Both the position numbers and the translations under genes were made by a program. From an uncultured Planctomycetaceae bacterium (GTDB lineage: Bacteria; Planctomycetota; Planctomycetia; Planctomycetales; Planctomycetaceae), in NCBI GenBank assembly GCA_963813715.1, contig CAWFAK010000012.1, positions 64,001 through 128,000 of the forward strand: DNA of 64,000 nt, in the 5' to 3' direction. Below are positions 56,830 to 64,000 of the stretch, in pieces (the stretch's first letter is position 1; each line of letters begins with the position of its first letter). Below the pieces are notes generated by a model. The model did not search any database. It had not been told where the DNA came from and was given only the letters and a program-made list of their open reading frames with translations.

Positions 56830-58020
56830 TCAGTTAGCGATCCGCATCAAATCGCCAATTCGCTGTTCCAATCTCTCCTCATGGAGAAGCTTGGCGACGA
56901 TTATGCCGCGCTCATCGAGGAGGTAGGTGGCCGGTGACGTCATCACGTTCCATTCGCGGGCAATGGGCCCATTTTCGCCGTCAAACAGACAGGGCCAGTT
57001 CATCCCCTTAATGGTGGCCGTCTTTTTCGCTTTTTCCAGCGACTCGTCAGTGCAGACGCTCACCATAGCAAACGGCCGGCCCTTGTACTTTTCGAGCAGG
57101 CGTTGATGGCAGGGAATCTCGTGCATGCAACCGGGACAGCCGGTGAACCAAAATGACACCATCACGACGCGGCCCCGGTTTTGGATGAGGTCGAACGGGT
57201 TTCCCCCCAGGTCAGTGCCGACAAGCTGGGGCGCCGCCGCTCCAATCGTGAGGTGCTCCCACGCATGAAGGCTCTTCTTGGCCTTCTCGCCCAGATTGGC
57301 AACGCCCTCGAAATAGTCCGCGGTCGCCGTGACGGGAATGTCGGCATAATCCCCCAACACTTCGCGAAACAGGCGGATGCTCTCGGCCTTGAACCGCGGC
57401 GCGTTGGCGGGAACCAGGTCCTTTCCCCAATCGGGTGACCGCTGCCGGAAAAGATGGAGCACAAACTCGTCGCGCCTGGCGTAGGGCTGGGCAAGCTCAA
57501 TCCATTCGTAATTCTGGGCAAGTAATTCTGCGAGCGCGGCAATCGCATAGCCCCGTTGCTGACGCGGCAAATCACCGCGTTTTAGCAAACCGCGCAGAAA
57601 CCGTTCCTGTGCCGGTCCGCGACGATCAACCGCCTCGAGGCACATCAAGGGAAGCTCCGGCCGGTGCGTGTGAAAGGCCCCGAGGATTTCCCAGGCCTTT
57701 TGCTCGGCCGCGAAGATCCGCCGGTCCTCGTTGCTCCGCCGCGCGATCACCCATTGGCAGCAACGGTACGCGACCTCGTCGTCGGGCTTTTCTGCGGCTA
57801 ACTGGATGAAGAGTGGAATGTAGCGCAGGCCCGGCCAAACTTCGTAGCGGTGGATCTTCTCTGCCGCCGTGGACTCGTTGGTCGAGGGAATTTTGCGGAA
57901 CTCTTTTGCTTCCGCTTCGTAGTCGCGAAGCAGCGTATCGCACTGGGCGGCCCGGTCTGCCCCCAGCGCCATCGGAGACGTCGCGCACAGCGTTCCCACA
58001 ACAGCAACGAGCCAACGCAT
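56830..58020 (-). CDS. secreted TlpA/redoxin family thiol-disulfide oxidoreductase
   Basis: signal peptide; C-terminal IGAAAP.L.G.DL.G...RGRVVMVSFWFTGCPGC..E.P; P.TYLLD..GII. Confidence 0.85.
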   Translation of the reverse strand: MRWLVAVVGTLCATSPMALGADRAAQCDTLLRDYEAEAKEFRKIPSTNESTAAEKIHRYEVWPGLRYIPLFIQLAAEKPDDEVAYRCCQWVIARRSNEDRRIFAAEQKAWEILGAFHTHRPELPLMCLEAVDRRGPAQERFLRGLLKRGDLPRQQRGYAIAALAELLAQNYEWIELAQPYARRDEFVLHLFRQRSPDWGKDLVPANAPRFKAESIRLFREVLGDYADIPVTATADYFEGVANLGEKAKKSLHAWEHLTIGAAAPQLVGTDLGGNPFDLIQNRGRVVMVSFWFTGCPGCMHEIPCHQRLLEKYKGRPFAMVSVCTDESLEKAKKTATIKGMNWPCLFDGENGPIAREWNVMTSPATYLLDERGIIVAKLLHEERLEQRIGDLMRIAN

Positions 58021-58651
58021 GGCGTTCTCCTGCGCGTGGAACATCGAATTGAAGTTCTCAGCGGGCTTTTACCATTGGGGGTCCCCGCGGTCCAGCCTTG
58101 CTCAGCCTGCGCGTCGCGCCCAGCAATGCGGCCGGCAACCACAGGTCGAACAGAAAAACTGATCTTGGCCGAATTGCGATTTTATGGCTGAATGAAAAGA
58201 AGCGGTTGCGCGCGAGCGCATCTTTGCGCGCGGTGGACGTCCGTGTGCGTCCTGGCGAAGGACCTGACCGGAGCGGTGCGCGGTGGGACCAGTTTCGACT
58301 CACGGGTGCTCGCAGCAATCGAGGGCAACGAATTCGTCGTTAGTTTCCCAGATCGAACCGCCTGTGCGACGGAAAAACATCAGCGAACGGAAGTTAGGTC
58401 GCGGCGGCCGGTCAGAACACAGGGAGCGGAATACGTATTTGGACGGTGGGTCCAGTTGTCCCGGCGGGTCAACCTGAAGTGGACCCGGCGTGACGGGTCT
58501 CTCACATTTAATATAAGGGGGGCGCGGAAAAGTGGTCCCACCGCGCGGCGACCAGGGTTAGGAAAATTAGTGGTCATTCGTAGTGTGCCGGCGGCCCGTA
58601 TGCGGGGTTGGTCACATCCTATGAACACCGTCACACCGGACGGACGCGAAT

Positions 58652-58683
58652 AAAAAAGTCCCTGGCCGGTTGGGCCAGGGACT
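58652..58683 (-). terminator. intrinsic terminator of the Cys-rich gene
   Basis: AGTCCCTGGCC/GGCCAGGGACT stem followed by a U tract on the minus strand. Confidence 0.8.
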
Positions 58684-58718
58684 CGTGGTAAAAACTCGCG
58701 TTCGCGAAGTTGTATTTC

Positions 58719-59192
58719 TCAGCAGGTGCCGCAGCAGCAGGGCGTGTTGTTGAAGCAGACGTAGCAGCAGCAACCCTGCTCGAGGCAGGTGTGCAGCGTC
58801 GCGCAGCAGGACTGCAGAATCGCAGAGCACGCCTTATCGCCGCTGGTGCAGGTGATCGTGCAGCCGTCCTTCGTGTTTTCACACTTGCAGATGCCGCAGG
58901 TCAGGTTGCACTGGCAGACGCAGAGGCCGTTAAGCGTGCAGCAGCAGGAGCACAGGCCGCCGGCCAGGGCGTCGCACAGGTGGTGCAGCGTGTGGCAGGC
59001 GACGTCGTCCGGGCAGTGGCAGTGAATCTTGAAGCCGCCGGTGCACTTTTCCACCTTCATCGTGCAGCGGGGGACGACGCACCACCCTGCGGCGGGGCCG
59101 CCGGCCGACAGGCCGGCCGGCGAGGGCGAAACGGCCGAAGCACCGGCCGCACCGAAGAACAATCCCCGCTCCAAAACCATCGTACTGGACAT
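58719..59192 (-). CDS. cytoplasmic Cys-rich protein (31 Cys in 157 aa)
   Basis: AAAGGAG RBS, own promoter and terminator, internal two-fold repeat. Confidence 0.85.
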   Translation of the reverse strand: MSSTMVLERGLFFGAAGASAVSPSPAGLSAGGPAAGWCVVPRCTMKVEKCTGGFKIHCHCPDDVACHTLHHLCDALAGGLCSCCCTLNGLCVCQCNLTCGICKCENTKDGCTITCTSGDKACSAILQSCCATLHTCLEQGCCCYVCFNNTPCCCGTC

Positions 59193-59384
59193 GGACTCGA
59201 CTCCTTTCAAGAGCCGGCCGCACGTGGGCTGCGTCTCTGGGACGCAGCTCGCCAGCCGGCAGGGAACGTCGACGCGCTCCGGCCGACGCTCGGTCGGCAG
59301 CGCCGAGGCCCGACAGTGCCAGCCCCGAAAGCGGGGGCGGCAAAAAACTCCTTTTAGTCACCCCAACGATGGTAGACCGTAGGA

Positions 59385-59413
59385 CTTATAGCTTTTGAAA
59401 CGGCGACTTGCAA
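59385..59413 (-). promoter_or_regulatory. putative sigma70 promoter of the Cys-rich gene
   Basis: TTGCAA-17 nt-TATAAG. Confidence 0.6.
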
Positions 59414-59695
59414 TTGAGTTGGCCGTAACTCTGGCCGCGGCAACGCCAAGACTGCGCCACGACTTGGGCCGCGGACGAATCAATCCTTATGGACTGCTCC
59501 CTCGCGAACGCATGCTCATGTCGCTGTCCCCAGAACATCTCCGGGGCTCTCGCGGCGCGGTAACGCTTCGCACTCGACCGCAATGAACATCGAGAGCCCG
59601 GACGCCGTCCGCGGCTCTTTTTTCGTCTCGACGCGCGGACACGGCCGCTCGCACGATCGGCCGGTCCGCCGCCCTTGGGCCGCAGGAGTCATTCG

Positions 59696-59953
59696 ATGAC
59701 GACCAATCGCATCACCGCCTATCTGTCGGCCGACGCAGACACCACGCTCGCGGAGAACGCCATGCCGCAGAACTCGCCCAGTTTCCACAACCCGCTCGCG
59801 CCGCCGGCCAATTTCGCACCGGTGCCCGAAGCGCTACTGCAGAACGTCTCGCCGCCGCAGCTCGCCTGGCAGCAAGAGCTGTATCGGGCGGCCTACCAGT
59901 CGGCGCTGGCGGCGATCGCGGCCGAAGCAACGCGACGCGCGCAGCGGAACTGA
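59696..59953 (+). CDS. small hypothetical protein
   Basis: AGGAG RBS 7 nt before the ATG; amphipathic WQQELYRAAYQSA helix. Confidence 0.55.
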   Translation: MTTNRITAYLSADADTTLAENAMPQNSPSFHNPLAPPANFAPVPEALLQNVSPPQLAWQQELYRAAYQSALAAIAAEATRRAQRN

Positions 59954-60015
59954 ACGGAGCTGACGGGTCAGCCATCGCAGTGCGGGGCGCGAATTCAAAC
60001 CGAGTCGAGCCGCGC

Positions 60016-63000
60016 TCAGAACCCGTGCACCAACCACCACACGCTGGCCAGCAGGGCCGCGGCTGCCGCCACGCCTCCCGAGATGATCGCCAGGCGCTTT
60101 TTCGATTTGCCGACGATCGGCGCGGCGGGCGGTTCTCCCACCCGCTCGGTGCCGGAGACTTCGACGGCCGGCGCCAACTCCAGAATCAGCGAGTCTTCCC
60201 GCTCGAACTTGCGGCGGAGATCTTCGATCCGCTGCAACTGCTGGTTGATGGCGTCGACCGACGCTTCCTTGACGGCCCCTTTGTCCGCGGCGGCGTTGGC
60301 GTTCGCGGCGGACTCGATCGCCTTGGGCTTGCGGCTCGCGCGGACAGCGGCGTCGGCCGCCAGCACGTACGACGGATGTTCCCGCGACGCGGTGTCAGCC
60401 AAATCGAAGTATTTCGCCTGGCCCGCGTCGAGTCGCAAGACCATGAACAGGCTCGCGCTGAAGCGGTCCCAGTGCGAGGCGCTGGCTTTCGCGGCGCCCT
60501 CGCCGGCCGTGAGCTTCTGCGGCATCGCATAGATCTCGACAAATGAGCGGTCTTGAGCGGCTGATGCGTTGGGATCGGGTCGCGCGGCCGGCTGACCGGC
60601 GGCCGTTCGAGCGGCCAAGGCCGAAGGTTGCCAGGTGCGGCACTCGCGCGCGATGAACTCGACGCCCGGTCCGCCCAACTGCCGATCGAGCACAGAGAGT
60701 TCGGTCAGGAGGTCGGACAACTTCGACGACGAGGCCGAGCCCGGTTCGACGATCATCCGCAGCCGCGGACCCTCGACCCGCGGTCCGGCATCGGCAGCGG
60801 CCGCGGTTTTTCCAGTCCGCGCTCCTGCGAGTCCCCCCGCCCGGCTGATCAGCGAAAAGACTTCCGCCAGCTCTTCTCGCTCGATTTTGAGCCGCGTCCG
60901 CTCCTCGTGCAGGCGGCCGAGCAGGACCTGCAGGTCGGCGACGGTTTCCTTGGGCGTTTGCGTGAGGCTCCAGGTGTGGAGCGAGTCCTCGCCCGGCTGC
61001 AGCCGCTTCCGCTCGTCGCGGAGCTGCTTGAGCGCCTTGTGGATGTCGGCCTCTTTCTTGGCGACCTGGGCCCGCTCTTCCATGTACGCGACCCGCGACG
61101 CCTCGAACTTTTCATTCTGCTGCCGCAGCTCCGAGCGGGCCGCTTCCAGCTCTTCGCGGGCGATTTTGAGCAGCCGCTGGTCGGCCTCGTATTGGGTCCG
61201 CAGCTCGGCGTATTTCTTCTTGTCGCGCTCGACGTCCTTTGCCTGCTCGCGGGCCTTGGTTCGGTCGTGCTCGAGGTGCTGGCGGGCCGACTCGACGGCC
61301 GCCTTCTGGTCGCGGATGTCGTCGTGCGCCGCCTGCAATTCGTCCCGCTCGGCCTGGATGCGGGCCGACTCCGACTGGACGTGGGCGATCTGGACCTTGA
61401 ACTCGGCCAGCTCTTTGTCGAGTTGCCGCCGCCGCTCGTCAACGTCTCGCCGCAGCTTCTCGGTTTCTGCCCGCTCCTTCGCGGAGGCCGCCTCGCGGGT
61501 CGTCACGCTTTCGACCGCGTGGTCGAGCTGCTTTTGCCGCTCGGTCAGCGACGACTCGCGCGTGTCAAACTCCCGCAGACGGCTTTGCAGTTGCTGCTCG
61601 CGGAGAGCGAAGTCGGCTCGTGTCGCCTCGGCTTTGGCGACTTCGGCCCGGAACTTCTCCACCTCCGTCTTGAGCGTTTCCCGCTCGTCGGCCAGCGACT
61701 GCTCGGCAGTCGACAGCTCGTCGCGACGGGCCCGGAGTTCGTTCTGCTGCGTGCGGAGCTGCTGCTTCTCTTGCTTGAGTTTTTCCGCCGCCTCGCGCAG
61801 GTCGATGGCCGCCCGCTCGGCCTGCTCGGCTTTGACCACGAGCGTCGTCCGCTCTTCGTCGAGCCGCGTCTGCAGGGCACGCAGGTGCCCTTCCCGTTCA
61901 GCCAACTCCTTCGACCGATCGGTCAACTGCTCGGTATCGGCTTGGAGCCTTTCGAGTTGGCCAGCCAGCCGCTCGCGCTCGTCTTCGAGGGCGTCCTTCT
62001 GGCGATCAAGCTCGGCCTGCACGCTCGCGGCCTGCGCCGCCTTTTGGCCGAGCGACTCGCGCTCCTTTTCGATGTTCCCCTTCTCGCCCTGCAGCCGTTC
62101 GATCTCGGCCAGCAATTTTTCGCGTTCGGCGGAGACGCGGGCCCGCTCCTCCTCGATCGATTCCTTTTGCCGCTGCAGGTTGGCCTCGTCCGACTCGCTT
62201 TGGGCGGCCCGATGGCCGAGCGATTCGCGCTCTTTTTCGAGCTGCGCCTTCTCGCTTTGCAGCCGCTCGATCTCCGCCAAGAAGTTCGAGCGTTCTTCGC
62301 CCAGACGGGCCCGTTCGGCCTCGAGCTGCGCCTGCGTTTGCTCCAAGTCCTTTTGCCGCTGCTCCACCCGCGCCGCGGCTTCGGCGGCCGCTTCTGCCGC
62401 CTGGGCATCGTTGATGCCCGCGCGCGGTCGAGGTCGAGTTCGGCGGCTTGGCGGTCCAGATCGGCCTGCTGCGTTTCGAGTTCGCTCTGCTTCGTCTTCA
62501 GCGCCTCGCGATCGGCTTCGAGCGCCTGCCGCTCTTCCTCGAGTTTCGCTTCGAAGGCGCACAGGTCGTCCTGCCGGGCCCGCAACAGCTCGGCCGCCTC
62601 GCGCAGCTTGAACGTGGCTGCCAGGTCGTCGGACGGGGTGACCTGCGGCTTTGCCGGCTCGGCCGTTTTCGCAGGCTCGTCGCCGCCAGCAGCCGCGGGC
62701 TTCGCGGGCTTCTTCTTGGCACCGGCCGCACCCTTACGAAACAGTGCGCCCAGGATGCCGGTCTCTGCCGGGTTTACTTTCTCGCCGATGGCCGGGAACT
62801 TGCCCAGATGCATCCGGTGAAGCATCTCCCAGTCGAGGCGGGCCGCGCGGGGAACATCGTCCCGAATGGCAGCCGCCGCATCGTAAGCGATGGCAGCCGC
62901 GTCGGCGACTTTATCGCCCACGGCGTTGAGATCCTCACCGTCGGCGACCGAGCGTACGGCGGAGGCCGCGTCGATCGCCGCATAGGCCGCGTTGGCAGCG

Positions 63001-63293
63001 TAGGCAGCGGACGAGTTCCCGTTCTCCTCGCCGCTGACCAGGATCATCGCCTTGACGGCGGCTTCCTCGGCCTGGGCGAAGAGGTCGGCGTCGGGCTCTT
63101 CGTCGGCCGCGACTTGTTCGGCGATGCGGATCGCGTTTTCGATCGCCTCGACGCATGCGGCCGACTCGGGATTCGCGGGGTCGGGTGCATATTCGGATTG
63201 CACCCGCCGGGCGCAGCGGGCCGCATAAGCGACCAGCGCTCGCAAAGGAAGTTGTTTGAGATCGGTGGCGGTCTCGACGGCGGGCGAACCCAT
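60016..63293 (-). CDS. large coiled-coil protein with Ala-rich N-terminal domain and C-terminal membrane anchor (frameshift near 62420)
   Basis: several hundred residues of E/K/R/Q heptads; terminal KKRLAIISGGVAAAAALLASVWWLV. Confidence 0.8.
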
Positions 63294-63563
63294 CCTCATC
63301 CTCGACTTCGGCAAGCAAACGGGAGGCTGCGCACTCCCGGCGCAGCCGATGCGGTTGGCCCGTCCCCGCACGACAAACCTAGCTCACATCCGCCAATTCG
63401 CCCGACCGGCGAGCCAGCCGCGTCCGCGAAATCTGGACGTCGTAACAGTAGGAGCGGCCGGCAGACGCGGCGCCAGCCGTCAGCACCGTTGAAATCGGCA
63501 CAGCTGCGCCGAAGCGTTCGCGAGGCGGCCACTGCACGAGCAAGGCCCACCGGGCGACGCGGG

Positions 63564-64000
63564 CTAGATCTTCTTGTGCTCGAGCAGGCTGCGGGCTTCG
63601 TCGAACTGCTTGCGGAGGCCTTTTTCGACCTTTGGATAATGGAGAGCCAGCTTGTGGATTTCCCGCGTGATGATTTCGGCCACGAGGGCCCGCGTCACCC
63701 ATTTGTGGTCGGCCGGAATGACGTACCACGGGGCCCACGCGGTGCTCGTGCGGCTCAAGCACTCTTCGTACGCGGCCATATAGTCGCCCCAGTAGCGGCG
63801 TTCGTGCACGTCGCCGGGAGCGAACTTCCAAAATTTGTTCGGCTGCGAGAGACGCTTGAGAAACCGCTTGCCTTGCTCCGCTTTGGAGACGTGCAGAAAG
63901 AACTTTACGATCCGTGTGCCGTTGCGGTCGAGGTGCCGCTCGAAATTGTTGATGTCGTCGTAACGGGCCTCCCAGAAATCCTTCTGCGGCTTACCCTTCG
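63564..64000 (-). CDS. ppk2: polyphosphate kinase 2 family protein, C-terminal part (runs off the window)
   Basis: RYDDINNFERHL..NG..IVKFFLHVSKAEQ..RF..R..WKF, TSTAWAPWYVIPADHKW. Confidence 0.9.
   Translation of the reverse strand, partial: KGKPQKDFWEARYDDINNFERHLDRNGTRIVKFFLHVSKAEQGKRFLKRLSQPNKFWKFAPGDVHERRYWGDYMAAYEECLSRTSTAWAPWYVIPADHKWVTRALVAEIITREIHKLALHYPKVEKGLRKQFDEARSLLEHKKI

Noticed and set aside
58050..58650. Possible ncRNA in the long intergenic region
   Set aside because: No tRNA, tmRNA, RNase P or riboswitch hallmarks recognisable by eye; an Rfam scan would be needed.
58719..59192. Cys-rich protein as second substrate of PqqE
   Set aside because: Opposite strand with its own promoter and terminator; a proper PqqA is already present.
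60628..62820. Long + strand ORFs (658-730 aa) and other long antisense ORFs in the window
   Set aside because: Shadow frames of GC-rich real genes.

Overview
GC-rich bacterial chromosome segment, very likely from a planctomycete (DUF1501, DUF1549/DUF1553 and planctomycete cytochrome-c proteins, TIGR03067-like domain, BamB-like propeller). About 20 genes are split by single-base frameshifts, which points to long-read indel errors. The core genes are truD, ppa, a choline-type Na+ symporter coupled to phosphatidylcholine synthase, a class IV aminotransferase, ppdK, a Ser/Thr kinase, ybbN/cnoX, a glycogen debranching enzyme, a pqqABC(DE) operon with an unannotated PqqA, and a partial ppk2. Four features stand out. 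(1) A complete IS110/IS1111-type element (26468-27868) has a 3' non-coding end containing readable bridge-RNA-like guides that match its own insertion site, which lies in a REP-like palindrome. (2) The slot between convergent ppdK and kinase genes holds variable cargo genes, with no integrase, duplicated 3' ends of both flanking genes, and REP copies delimiting the cargo. (3) A large TIR-STAND NTPase-FGE/SUMF1 protein. (4) Three unrelated very Cys-rich proteins. All family assignments come from motif recognition by eye; no searches were run.
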